Origin: Elsinoe ampelina
Taxonomy: Eukaryota
Length of the DNA stretch: 20,000 nt
Assembly: GCA_010093995.1 (NCBI GenBank)
Contig: ML992509.1
Coordinates: 458,948 to 478,947, forward strand
Reading direction: 5' to 3'
Shown: piece after piece, positions 1 through 10,880 of the stretch
Numbering within the stretch: the first letter of the stretch is position 1
Layout of the letters: the number at the start of each line of letters is the position of its first letter
Translations under genes and position numbers: made by a program
Notes under the pieces: model-generated
Told to the model about the DNA's origin: nothing
Databases searched by the model: none
What the model saw: only the letters and a program-made list of their open reading frames with translations

Positions 1-24
1 CGCCTTACTGACCAACACCGGTAG

Positions 25-739
25 GCCATTGCCTTCTGGGAAGAATACTTGGAACACGAGAAGCTCAAGGACTACCCAAAGGCAAAAATAGTACTGCTTC
101 GACCCTCGATGGCCTTCCTCCTCCTTCAAACACACGTAAAAGACATTACGTCCCTCCGATCTGCGTTACCAGACTTCCGCAACACCACGCACATCTTTCT
201 ACCCGTGAACGACTGTCAGGATGTCAATCGAGCAGAAGGCGGATCACACTGGTCGCTGTTGTTGGTCAGCATACTCGATAACGTCGCATTCCACTACGAC
301 AGCATGTATCCAGCCAACGCCCGGGAAGCAGATATCTTGACGGCAAAGTTTAGCAAACTGTTGGATAGGAATCTGCGATTCATCAACCTGCCAGACTCGC
401 CACAACAGGACAACGGCAGCGACTGCGGCGTCTTCGTTTGCCTCATCATGCAGCACCTCTTGTTGGGCAGACTCCTGAAAGCACATGCTAACGACAAAGT
501 CAACATGAGTCTGCGGGGCAAAGAAGTCGACGCCACAGGAGGCAGGAAGGAGATGCTACGGGTGATTGAGAGCTTCAGGAAGGAAGGCGAGAGGCGGAGA
601 TCGTGAGTATATGTAGAGTACAAATGTTGGTTGAATGCTTGCTTACAACATCAGGACCTCACAACACCGATCACGCAGCCCCTTCACGAGCGGGAAGGAC
701 CAGTCGAAGAGCCCTCCTAGAATTGGCGAGGAGAACTGA
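25..739 (+). CDS. DEN1: NEDD8-specific cysteine protease (Ulp1/peptidase C48 family, DenA/SENP8-like), 5' part outside the window; exons 25-602 and 655-739
   Basis: Catalytic motifs GGSHWSLL, HYDS and QQDNGSDCGVFV. An upstream intron ends at TAG 22-24 (branch CTGAC 8-12), giving AIAFWEEYLEHE in frame with the ORF at 49. Intron 603-654 (GTGAGT...CTTAC...CAG) gives the C-terminus STSQHRSRSPFTSGKDQSKSPPRIGEEN and stop TGA 737-739. Confidence 0.85.
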
Positions 740-953
740 TCGTTGACAGCGACGACAAGCATTATCACCAAGGCATGATTGACGAGCGACGATTTATGCA
801 TAGACGCATCGAGAATAGCGACAATGGCCACTACAAGTGAAGTACCACTATCAGGTAGTATGGAGTACATGGATTACCCAGGCATAATGGAAGCCGCTTT
901 GCTGTACATTGGCTTATTTTCTATCCCGACTTTTTTATTTCATCTTGCTTCGT

Positions 954-2087
954 TCATGGCAACTTGTCGACCTCGCCCTTCTTTACGCCATTCGTCTCAC
1001 TCTCTTCCGAATCGTATGTTCCCTTCTCCGCCTCCGATACAGTCGCTCGCCAGCTGTGCTTGTCCTCGATCTTGCCCAATTGAATCCCCTTCAACCTAGT
1101 AAGCAACTCCACCACCACCGGCCCCGGCTCATCACTCGCGTCCCTGTACTTGAACGTATCCTTGCCTCTCGTGATACTCTTGATCGGCACCAACGCCGCC
1201 GCCGTCCCCGCCGCCATGACCTCCTCAAACTCTGGCAGCTCCTCAAAAGATATCGGCCTCTTGGTCACCTTCCACCCCAGATCCCTCGCGATATCACACA
1301 CGCTATCCGCCGTCACGCTCTCGATCACATTATTCGAATCCGGCACCACAATCTCGGTCTCGTTCCCTTGCTTCTTCACCCCCAAGAACGCACTCGTGCT
1401 GAACTCATCGATCACCGTCCTCGTCTGGCTGTCCAAATGTAACGTGATCCCGTACCCCTCGTTCCTGGCTTGTTCGCTGTACCGCAGCACCGGTGCGTAG
1501 TTGCCGCCGACTTTGTAGCTGCCTGTGCCGTGCGGGGCGGCGCGGTCGAAGTTGTCGAGGATCAGGGCCTTGACGGGGTTGACGCCGTGGTAGACGCCTG
1601 TCGGGAGGACGAAGACGAGGAAGGTGTACTCTTCTGGTGGGTTGAGGCCGAGTTGTGCGCTGGAGCCGAAGAGGAGAGGACGGATGTACATTGCTGCGCC
1701 GGTGTCGTGGGGTGGGACGAATTCGGCGTTGAGGGCGACGGCGAGGTGGACGGACTTGAGGAAGTGCTCGACTGGTACTTGGGGGATGGAGATGCTTTCG
1801 GCGGAGCGCTGCATTCGTTCGGCGTTCTTGTTAGGGCGGAAGATGTTGATTGTCTTGTCTCCTGGGGCACGGAAGGCTTTGAGGCCTTCGTAGCATTGTT
1901 GGCCGTAGTTCAGACCGGGGGCCATGCCATGGAGGGAGAGGAAGGGCGAGCGAACGAAGCGGGGTGTGGTCCATTTTCCGGTCGACTTGGAGTACGTGGA
2001 TTCGATGTGACCATTGACTTCGCGGACCTTGAAGCCGACATTGGACCAGTCGATTGTGCTGGTTGGCGGGGGCGGGAAGGAAGTCAT
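954..2087 (-). CDS. Branched-chain amino acid aminotransferase (PLP fold-type IV, TOXF-like fungal subgroup), intronless, 377 aa
   Basis: IDWSNVGF, LNYGQQCYEGLKAFR, YIRPLLFG, PLP-lysine motif YKVGGNYAP, GTAA. Likely start is ATG 2087 (MTSFPPPP); the ORF-track extension to 2405 looks non-coding. Confidence 0.9.
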   Translation of the reverse strand: MTSFPPPPTSTIDWSNVGFKVREVNGHIESTYSKSTGKWTTPRFVRSPFLSLHGMAPGLNYGQQCYEGLKAFRAPGDKTINIFRPNKNAERMQRSAESISIPQVPVEHFLKSVHLAVALNAEFVPPHDTGAAMYIRPLLFGSSAQLGLNPPEEYTFLVFVLPTGVYHGVNPVKALILDNFDRAAPHGTGSYKVGGNYAPVLRYSEQARNEGYGITLHLDSQTRTVIDEFSTSAFLGVKKQGNETEIVVPDSNNVIESVTADSVCDIARDLGWKVTKRPISFEELPEFEEVMAAGTAAALVPIKSITRGKDTFKYRDASDEPGPVVVELLTRLKGIQLGKIEDKHSWRATVSEAEKGTYDSEESETNGVKKGEVDKLP

Positions 2088-2458
2088 GCTGGGCGGTAGT
2101 GAGGTGGATGGGTTCGGTGTGACAGGTATGGAGTGAGAGAGTATGGAGTGAAGTTGAGCAGGAACATTTTCAGTGACGCAGGTCTCCAACAATGCAATGC
2201 CGATATCGCAGCGCCTTGTCACGGTCCCCAGCTCCGGCAGTTTCCCCACCAGGTTGAGCCCCTGAAATGTCAAACGGCGCACTGCGAATTTTGGGCAACA
2301 CGAGAGTTTCACGCAACGGTCCCTGAAGACGCGAAGCTGCAAGCTCCTTGGCTGTACCGGCGTGCTGGGAGCTGCAGCTAAAAAATCGCTGCTCCGCGCT
2401 CTCAACAGACGTTCTTCTTTTCTTCACACAGTCCTTTCTGCCATTGAATACTGCAATC

Positions 2459-4116
2459 ATGGCGGAAGTCAAGACTGCCCCATCGACCATCTCCGAGGAG
2501 TCTTTTGAGTTTGTCGAGACTCCAGCAGCTCCTAGCCCAGTGCCAGAGAGCAGCGAGTATGGCGTTCGCACCACTTCGGTGAGTGAGCTGGTGATAAGCA
2601 ATTGAGGTTGTCACTGATGTCCAAATAGTACCCTACCATTCGCAATGCACCTCTTCCCGCAGATGGTGCTGGTAGCGACACCTTCAACAACAAGATCATG
2701 ATCTTCCTCCTCGTTGTCATCCCAGGATGGCTCGCGTGGAAACTGGGCGGAGGTCTCAAGACTACCATCTTCTTTGGCCTGTTCACCACGATCCCGATCC
2801 TCATGGCATTCTGGACTGTCGCTAGTTCAATGTCCCCCCGCAAGAATGAGAAGGCCCGTTTCCCCGGTGCTCCAATCGAGCATTACCTCACCTTCCACCG
2901 TGAGTCGGACAAGCAGAAATACCACGGCAAGGCAAAGATTCCCATGGAGACATTCCACGAGATGTACTTTGATGGTCACGTCAGTGTCAACGGTGACATG
3001 CTCGAGGCCCTCGAGTATCGTCATGATTGGGCTTCATTCCGCTTCACCTTGTCCCTCTTCTGGTTCTTCCTCACTGGCATGATGCCCGAAGTGATCATGC
3101 ACACCCGTTCTCAGGATGAGGAGCAGGTCCGCGACCACTACGATCGTGGTGATGACTTCTACGGCTGGTTCCTTGGTCCACGCATGATCTACACCTCCGG
3201 TATCATCTCCGACGCTAACAAGCACGAGTCTCTTGAGCAGCTCCAGGACAACAAGCTGGCTGTCGTCTGCGAGAAGGTTGGTCTCAAGGCTGGCGAGAAG
3301 CTCCTCGACATCGGCTGTGGCTGGGGTACCCTCGCCAAATTCGCATCTGCCAACTACGGCGCCAAAGCTACTGGTATCACTCTTGGCCGCAATCAAACTG
3401 CTTGGGGTAACGGAGGACTCCGCCGTGTCGGTGTTCCGGAAGAGCAAAGCAAGATTCTGTGCATGGACTACCGTGATATCCCTGTTCCCGAGGGTGGCTA
3501 CAATAAGATCATTTCGCTCGAGATGGTTGAGCATGTCGGTATCCGTCGCCTTTCGGACTTCCTCACTCAATGCTACAACATGCTCGACGATGATGGAGTC
3601 TGCCTCCTCCAGTACTCTGGTCTCCGAAAGTACTGGCAGTATGAGGATCTCATTTGGGGTCTTTTCATGAACAAATACGTCTTCCCTGGTGCCGACGCTA
3701 GTACTCCTCTTGGGTACTTCATCGACAAGTGCGAAGGTGCTGGCTTCGAGGTCAAGCACGTTGACACTATCGGTGTGCACTACTCTGCCACTTTGTGGAG
3801 ATGGTACAGAAACTGGATGGCCAACCGAGACAAGGTTGAGGCCAAGTACGGCAAGCGCTGGTTCAGGGTAATTCGATATCTGAAGTACATATCTGCAGGG
3901 CGAATTTGCTGACATTTACAGATCTGGGAATACTTCCTCGCTTCGTCCACCATCATCTCCCGTCAAGGCTCAGCCACTTGCTACCAGATCACCCTTGTCA
4001 AGAACATCAACTCTACCCACCGGGTTGAAGGTATTCCAGATCACTTTGGTCTTCACGGTGCTCTTGAGCATGCTAAGAAGGCTGGGAAGGCACTGTTCCC
4101 TACCAACAAGGCGTGA
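2459..4116 (+). CDS. SMT1: Sphingolipid C9-methyltransferase (CFA-synthase-like SAM methyltransferase); exons 2459-2578, 2629-3867, 3922-4116; 517 aa
   Basis: N-terminal transmembrane segments, VRDHYDRGDDFY, GPRMIYTSG, SAM motif LLDIGCGWG, SLEMVEHVG, KYVFPG. Introns 2579-2628 (GTGAGT..CTGAT..TAG) and 3868-3921 (GTAATT..CTGAC..CAG) restore one frame ending IWEYFLASSTIISRQGSATCYQI...TNKA-stop. Confidence 0.92.
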
Positions 4117-4341
4117 AAGGACGTACTGCCTTGAACAAGCAACAAGAATGAGGCATGATGTAGCGCCTCCAGAAGGACACGATGTGAGGCCACCGCGGAG
4201 AAGAACAGAGCTCGATGGATCTGAGGAGGAAGGTCCGGTCCGATGGCGATATAGAAAATGACTTGGCCCAAAATGTGCGCATAATATATGTACATTCGAA
4301 AGCTCATAGACACGAATTAAGGTACACCAACAATCCCTGTC

Positions 4342-5469
4342 TCAGAACCTGACTTTCATTCCGTCACATGTCACCACTCGCTCACCCCCCCNNNNNNNNN
4401 NNNNNNNNNNNNNNNNNNNNNNNNNNNNNNNNNNNNNNNNNNNNNNNNNNNNNNNNNNNNNNNNNNNNNNNNNNNNNNNNNNNNNNNNNNNNNNNNNNNN
4501 NNNNNNNNNNNNNNNNNNNNNNNNNNNNNNNNNNNNNNNNNNNNNNNNNNNNNNNNNNNNNNNNNNNNNNNNNNNNNNNNNNNNNNCACAATCAACCCAC
4601 TCCCTCGGCATGCCCACCTCCTCAATCTCCCTGATCCTCTCCTCCCTCCCCCCCTCCAACCCCTTCTCACTCGCCAAATAATCCCGCTCACACGCCCCCC
4701 CCTCGACGCCACACAACAACTCCAACAACAACACCACTAACCCCGTCCGATCCTTGCCCTGGGTACAGTGAATCATGACAGGCCAATTCTCCTCGCGCGC
4801 CAGGGCGGAGAAGACGCACCTCATCTCGCGCCAGGAGGAGAGCAGGCTGTCGGTTGCCAGACCGGTGAGGCCGCGGGGGGACATTGCGGCGGCTAGGATG
4901 CGGATGGCGGGGAGGCGCTGGCCGAGGAGGTAGAGGGTGATGAGGCGGAGGATGGAGAGGAGGGGGAGGAGGGAGATGAGGCGGAGTTGGAAGAGGGGGC
5001 CGTTGAGGGGGATGGGGAGGGTGGTGATTGGGAGGGGAGGAGGGGGGGAGGGGGTGGCGGGGGGGAGGAGAGGGTTGGTTTCTGGAGGGGAGAGGGAGGG
5101 GGGAGGAGGGGTGTTGCGCGTGGCGAGTTGGAGTTTTTCGGTCCTGGGAGGGGGGTTAAGTGGTGGGGTTGGAGAGGAACAGGGGGGATGGACTTGGAGC
5201 GCAGGTCGAGGATGGTGTGGATTTTGAGGGTGGATTGGAGTGTGTCCCGGTCTGAGGGGGAGGCGAAATCGGGGCGGGCGGAGCGGTAGAGGAGACCGGG
5301 TTTCATGCGGCTGTGATGCTTGTTAGATAGTTTATTGGGAGATGGGATATATCATGTGAAAAGCAGAGACGTACTGTTTGCCAGAAATGGCATTGGTAAA
5401 GAGGCCTACATCTCGCACGTTGAGGATGCCGTCAAATTTGATGCTCCCAGGAACGGGAGGAGGAACCAT
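4342..5469 (-). CDS. Protein tyrosine/serine phosphatase (Y_phosphatase3, IphP/PtpB-like); exons 5469-5375, 5310-5194, 5143-gap; 3' end uncertain
   Basis: ILNVRDVG (LNFRD-type motif), LYRSARPD, ILDLRSK/TE and catalytic CX5R HCTQGKDRTG, followed by RDYLAS. Introns 5374-5311 (GTACGT..CTAAC..CAG) and 5193-5144 (GTCCAT..CTTAAC..CAG) join the ORF-track fragments in frame. The stop lies in or just after the N gap; 4342 is valid only if the gap size is exact. Confidence 0.82.
4392..4586. other. Assembly gap (195 N)
   Basis: Run of N flanked by C-rich low-complexity sequence. Confidence 1.
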
Positions 5470-6067
5470 TGTCAGCACATGGGGTATCAATGGATATGGA
5501 TATCAGAGGGACAAGGCTGTCGTGCGTCGTGCGAGGTTCCCAGGATCCACTTTGATGTGCGCCCAAAGCTTCAAGCCCCCGGCGTGATCTGCATCCGAGA
5601 TTGAGGGTCTGCAGGGTAAACAGTCGCGCATCTTCAATGGTCTGCATTGACAGACATGGTTTTCACGACTTGAGGAACAGATTGAGTATACCAAATCTCT
5701 TGACCCATCGGACGTGTGCATCGGGCATATTTTGTACACATTCCGTGAGACAAAGCATCATGTGGAGCGTCTCAAAGCGCGAAAGAGAGTTTCTGAGCTT
5801 TGGTCCTTCTGGCTGCTGTGACGTCGATGACGTTGCGAGGTGCGCTCCTTCAAATGCACCCTCTGTCGATCAAAAAACCACCAGGCCCAGGCTTTGAGAT
5901 GTTGTATTCCGGCCTGACTGCCTTGTAAATTGCTATTCATTAATCGCCCAGCGCCTGGTAGCCCACTCGATCCATTTGAGTCTTGTTTGTCGTGTCCTCT
6001 TTGGAAAGAGCAAAGTGGCTCGTCCCCCTTTTGGACGACCCCGCAGACCCCGAGGCCGACCACCAAC

Positions 6068-9028
6068 ATGGCCGCTTCAATAACATGCCCGGACCCATCC
6101 GCGCATCGAGACACAAAGCTCCAGGAACAGGCATCTACTGCAGCACTTCTCGCAGCCAGTCCGCGACAAAAGACGAATGCATCCGATATCCTCGACAAGG
6201 ATAACAGGCTTTCTTCGAGGAGTCCGTCTTCACCACGTAGCAATTGAAATTGGAAGCTGCATGAAACTGACAATGGCACAGGCGCAGCAATGTCACTAAA
6301 GCATGCGAAGCCCGAAGACCTTCCCAGCTGGCCCAGCACAGGTGGTGTAGCCTTGAGCGCATCGTCTGGCGCTGCGAACCTCGCAAACGCAAATCAAAAA
6401 CCTTTTGAGCATTGGAAACCAGATCCCTCCTCTGCAGCTGGGAAGGCAGCACTCCTAGCAAAGGACTATAAGATGGATCCACTCTGGCAGCCCAGCATGA
6501 GCGCTGCTGGCTCCAAAGCCGCGCTTCTCGCTCACAAAGAAGGTGGGAAACTTCACCTGTGGTCTCCAGAAGCCAGCGCGGCTGGTAGTTCGGCAGCCAC
6601 ACAGGCATTCAAGAACAACACCCTCAGCCCGAATGTCGATTATGGATACACGGAAGATGGCAGGAGCAAGGCCCTCCTCGCTGCTACAAAGTCGGTCAAA
6701 AGTTCTCGCGCCCGCGCAGGATCAGTGCCAACACCTGCGCCACCTGCATATCCAGATTCTGCCAATTCTGCCTACAATGCTTTGAACGCTGCGACAAAAG
6801 CAAACAGGGCGCCCTCGTCGAGAGGTCAGGAAGACTACCAAATGTCTTCTCCCTCCCTCGAGGAGTCGCGGATCAAGCACTTGAGCGACAAGATTTCGAG
6901 AGAAATGTTTACGGACCACCCACCCGTTGATATTGAGGTTCAAGAGAAGAAGCATCAAGACGCGTTGCGCGCTTCTGCTATTTCCATGGCGAAAGGCATG
7001 TACAACTTGCAGCAAAAGAAGCAATCGGAAGGTCCGACCTCGCCCGGCAGCACGGCCGCTTCGACCGCCATTGGCCGCAGCAACACCACTGGAGCACAGC
7101 CAGATATCCGTCAACAAGCTCTCCAGTACATCCATCTCCAGGAAGCTGCCCACAAGCTTGCTGAAGAGCGACTTGCAAAGATGGACCCTGACGGAGCGGC
7201 CAGATATCGCGAGCACTACGGCTATCCATTGCGATCACCCCGGCGTAAGCTGTCGGTCAAGGATCGATACTCCCGGCGACGCGCCAACAGTGATGCTAAA
7301 GTATTACCAGCCGACGATTCAGACTCGGACGACGATGACTTCCGCTCGCGACGCATCAGGAACCAGATGAACCAATTTAACAAGGATTTGGAGAGTCTTG
7401 ACGAGAAGAAGCGCCAGTCAGATCGAGCTGCGCTACTTGCCGCTGCTGAGAAGAAAGTACAAGCCCAGATGCGTACTATGGATGACAAGCTCTATGCCGA
7501 GAAGGGCAAGGTCTCCCAGGCCAAGCTGGATGAGTGGCAAGCACTATCCTACGAGAAGGCCGCTAGGGACAGTGCTAAGCGCACTGAGAATTTTGGAAAG
7601 GCTGACTTAGGCGGTGGGAAGTTTATGGATCAGAGTGAGATAGAAGCTATTGCTGCTGCAAGACTGAAGCCCACCTTGGACGAGATTAACGAAAATGCCG
7701 AAAAGCGCCGTGCTAGGGATGAAGAGATCAGACTCGACATGGAAGAGAAGAAGAGGCAAGAAATGAGCGAGAGGCAGCGTGAGAGGGAAGTCAAGATGCT
7801 GCAGAAGCAGACTAGAGGTGAATACGCCGTGGAAGTGGCAGGAATCATCGCTGACATACCGCCAGAGTCAGAAAAAGCCACTGCGAGGCAAGAGAAAGAA
7901 CAGCAGAAGGCAGCACATAAACAAGAGAGGGAGCAACAGAAAGCCGCTGCTAAGATCGAAAGGGACGCCGAAAAGGCCCGCAGAGCGGAAGAGAAGAAGG
8001 CTGCAAAGGACGATAAGCGACGATCCAAGGATGTCAAGCGTGACGCTGCCGCCGCCGCTACAGCTTCAGCTTCAGCACACGAAATGGCCGACAAGTCCGA
8101 TCACCATCACTCTCCCAAATCATCCTCGGACTCCCCAGACCTGGACGAGCACGAGTCACAATCGCCGGTCATCTCTCGCACTGCGACTGGTGACGCCGTA
8201 CTGCATCCTGGCATCGAGCGACACGTCTCTACCATCTCTACCTCTGCGAGCGACGATGAAGCCGCTGATTCCTCACCGTCTAAGAAACCAGTCACCAAGC
8301 CGGTGGATGCTGCTGAAGTGCCACAAGCAGCACATATCGGGACTGATGGTCCCATAGGCACCACCACGACCATAACTGCAAACAAAAAAGGCACAGAAGG
8401 CAAAGATCTCGAGTCCCCGCCACAATCGCCCAAGTCTCCGCACCGCATCTCTCGCCTCTTCGATCGCTTGAAGCGCAAGAGTAAGCACGAGCGTGATGTC
8501 GAGCCAGGCACGCTGTCCCCAGGTCTCAAGTCCTCCAAGCTGTCCAAATCACCCAAGCATGACACAGACTCTGCGCCAAAGTCCTCGGCTGAAGACGAGC
8601 CCCCTGTCGCTTCCGCCACCGTCGACCCGACTGAGCCTGCTGTAGGTGCTCTGTCGGCTGTCGAGGCTCGCGGCATCGCCGAGAACCATGCCAGTGCCGC
8701 CGCTGCTTCGCCGAGCAGTTTCGTCAGAGGCAAGCCCCAAGATGACGATGCGATCAGTAGCCTCAGCAGTCTGACAAGCGACGAGCCTGCTTCTTCTGTC
8801 GCCAGACCGTCAGGGGATAGTGCCACTACACCATCGAAGACTGGTCAGGATGGCAAGGACGAGGATAGCAAGGAGAAGCGCAGGTCATTTGGCTTGGGCA
8901 TCGGAATGGGGAAGAGTATTCTTCCGAGCTTTGGTAAGGCCAAAGATAGCGGGTCTACGAAGAGACAGAGCATTGATGGCTCAGCCAAGAGTCCTGCGAG
9001 GGAGACGAGGTTTCAGGAACAGTTGTAG
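6068..9028 (+). CDS. EIS1: Eisosome assembly protein Eis1-like (Eisosome1 family); exon 1 6068-6221, intron 6222-6281, probable second intron 7818-7865
   Basis: Repeated SAAGxAALLA motifs, DLGGGKFMDQSEIEAIAAARLKPTLDEI motif recalled from the Eis1 family, long charged coiled coil and a disordered Ser/Pro-rich tail. Upstream exon MAASITCPDP...LDKDNRLSSR splices in frame (GTCCGT..CTGAC..CAG) to SAAMSLKHAKPEDLPS. Confidence 0.78.
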
Positions 9029-9309
9029 GGACAATACGGGTACCAAAAAGGATACTGGGAAATCGGTTGGAAGAATAACTCCCCTGCAAGAAGAGGATCG
9101 AGAATGTATTCATGCAGTATTGCTTCATGAGAAATGTATAATTACGACAGATGAATTATCGTGTCAATTACAGTTTAGACCTTACAAGAATCGATTCGCA
9201 TCACATCGTGATTTGACAGCCATTTCCACAGCCGTAGTACTCTCAGATGCCTCCTAAACGCCCTCGTCATCACCCCATACCCTCCCCCAATCCCTGACCT
9301 CTCTCCGCA

Positions 9310-10578
9310 CTACCTCACAACCCTAACCCCCAACCCCGTCCCCCCCGTCCTAAACCCCTCCACGACCCCACTCCCCACCCCCTCCTCCAACACCCACCCG
9401 AACCGCACCCCACAAAACCCCTTCCACTTCTTCGTCCGCCCCGGCAGTACCCCACTCCACTCCCCCCTCGTCCTCTTCGCCCTCCCCACCGCGTCTTCCT
9501 CCCCGGGGACATTCCCATCCCACCTCTCCCGCACCAAGGACGACAACGCTTCCTTGTGCCGCGGACTGGATCTGCAGATCAACGAGACGAGGTGCGCGCG
9601 GGTCTGCGTGAGCAGGCGAAGGTACGAGGCGGTGTTGGGGAGGGAGAAGGTGAGAGTGCCTTGGCATTCTGCGGAGCGGGATGCGCTAGGGGAGGAGGAG
9701 GAGGAGGACGAGGACGGGGAGGTAGTGGGGGGGCAAGAGGTGGGGAGACCTCCGGTGCCTCCGCCGCGGAGGTGCACTGCGCCTATGCCGCCTACCGCGT
9801 CGAGGGAGCCGGTGGGGGCGGTGGTGCCGGCGTTGGCGACGGGGGTGGAGAGGCCGAGGGAAAAGGCGGATGTGTGGCTTATTGGTGCGGAGAGAGGGAG
9901 GGAGAGGGCCGAGGTGGAGGTGAGGAAGCCGTGGGTGATGAGGAGGCGGGTGGAGTCGGGGGGGAGGGAGGAGGAAGGGATGGTGGGTGAGGTGGGGTGG
10001 AGGGTGAGGAGGGAGATGTAGGCGTCTTGGAGGTCGGAGGGGAGGAGGCTGGAGCGGATGAGGGAGGTCCAGTCTGAGGTGAGCACGAGGCCGTGGCCGA
10101 TGGGGGAGCCGCCTGTGCCTCGACCTGGGATGGTGATGCGGCGGATGGTGCCGGCTTGGGTGAGTTTGGCGATTTCGCGGTCGGTGGTAGTGGGAGAGGC
10201 GCTGAGGGCGTGGATGTGGGCGATGGAGACGATGGGAGCGAGATCTCGGCGGAAGTTGAGCACTTCGGCGATGCGGCTCGAGTTCATGCCTGAAGAGCGT
10301 TCCGGAATGGGGTCAAACATGGTCGATCGGATGTGGTTCATCAGGGAGACGACGTCTTGTGGTGTCCCTGGCTGTGCGAGGCTGGTTATGATACCGCCGT
10401 GGTGTAGTGCCTCATCGTCGCTGTCATGTTGTGTCTTGATCTTTTTCGCCACTGGCTCTGCCGCGGATGGCTTTGTCCGAGCATGGTTACTGAAGGACGA
10501 TGATGACCTCTTCAGAAAGGGATTTTGTTTTGGTTTGGATTGCAGTGGCCGTCGTGCTCCTGTTGCGCTAAATGACAT
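9310..10578 (-). CDS. STK19: STK19-family (winged-helix) protein, intronless, 422 aa
   Basis: Basic N-terminus (possible NLS AKKIK). MFDPIPERSSGMNSSRIAEVLNFRR..PIVSIAHIHAL..SPTTTDREIAKL and C-terminal FSLPNT..YLRLL, RERWDG, GRTKKWK.F.GVRF.WVL..GSG.VE.F.T resemble fungal STK19-domain proteins. Confidence 0.72.
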   Translation of the reverse strand: MSFSATGARRPLQSKPKQNPFLKRSSSSFSNHARTKPSAAEPVAKKIKTQHDSDDEALHHGGIITSLAQPGTPQDVVSLMNHIRSTMFDPIPERSSGMNSSRIAEVLNFRRDLAPIVSIAHIHALSASPTTTDREIAKLTQAGTIRRITIPGRGTGGSPIGHGLVLTSDWTSLIRSSLLPSDLQDAYISLLTLHPTSPTIPSSSLPPDSTRLLITHGFLTSTSALSLPLSAPISHTSAFSLGLSTPVANAGTTAPTGSLDAVGGIGAVHLRGGGTGGLPTSCPPTTSPSSSSSSSSPSASRSAECQGTLTFSLPNTASYLRLLTQTRAHLVSLICRSSPRHKEALSSLVRERWDGNVPGEEDAVGRAKRTRGEWSGVLPGRTKKWKGFCGVRFGWVLEEGVGSGVVEGFRTGGTGLGVRVVR

Positions 10579-10846
10579 GTGGTCGTCCTGTTGTCCAGTT
10601 CACAGATGGAGGCAACCTGATTTGCCACAAAAGCCGTTCCAAGTCATACTCGAAGCTGACTCAGCGCTTATGTCACGTGCTCTACTTGCCTAAGCGTCAA
10701 CGTTGCTGGCGGCTCAACCAGCATTACCGGGCACGCGAATGGATAACAACAGCCACATGTGCAAATCTTCCGAACGATCTTGATCATGTGACAGAAAATG
10801 GAGGTAGTCTGTAAGCAGTTGCTTGATCGCGTGAGGTATGCTTGGC

Positions 10847-10880
10847 GGAAATTTCCAGGTTCTTCTACACACTTCCAGAT
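10847..10880 (+). promoter_or_regulatory. Heat shock element (HSF site) upstream of the Hsp20 gene
   Basis: GAAatTTC (10848-10855) followed by TTC at 10863 and 10873 (10-bp periodic, step-type HSE). TATA-like GATAAATA near 10990. Confidence 0.65.

Noticed and set aside
2088..2405. 106-aa N-terminal extension of BCAT in the ORF track
   Set aside because: Begins at a non-ATG codon, spans the divergent promoter almost to the SMT1 start and lacks family similarity.
3034..3915. 293-aa antisense ORF within SMT1, and similar shadows in BCAT, Hsp20, STK19 and EIS1
   Set aside because: Expected from high GC3, which leaves few antisense stops. The sense genes have clear family motifs.
9316..9345. Telomere-like CCCTAA/CCCCAA units
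   Set aside because: Only one true CCCTAA, lying in the STK19 coding end and explained by the local C skew.
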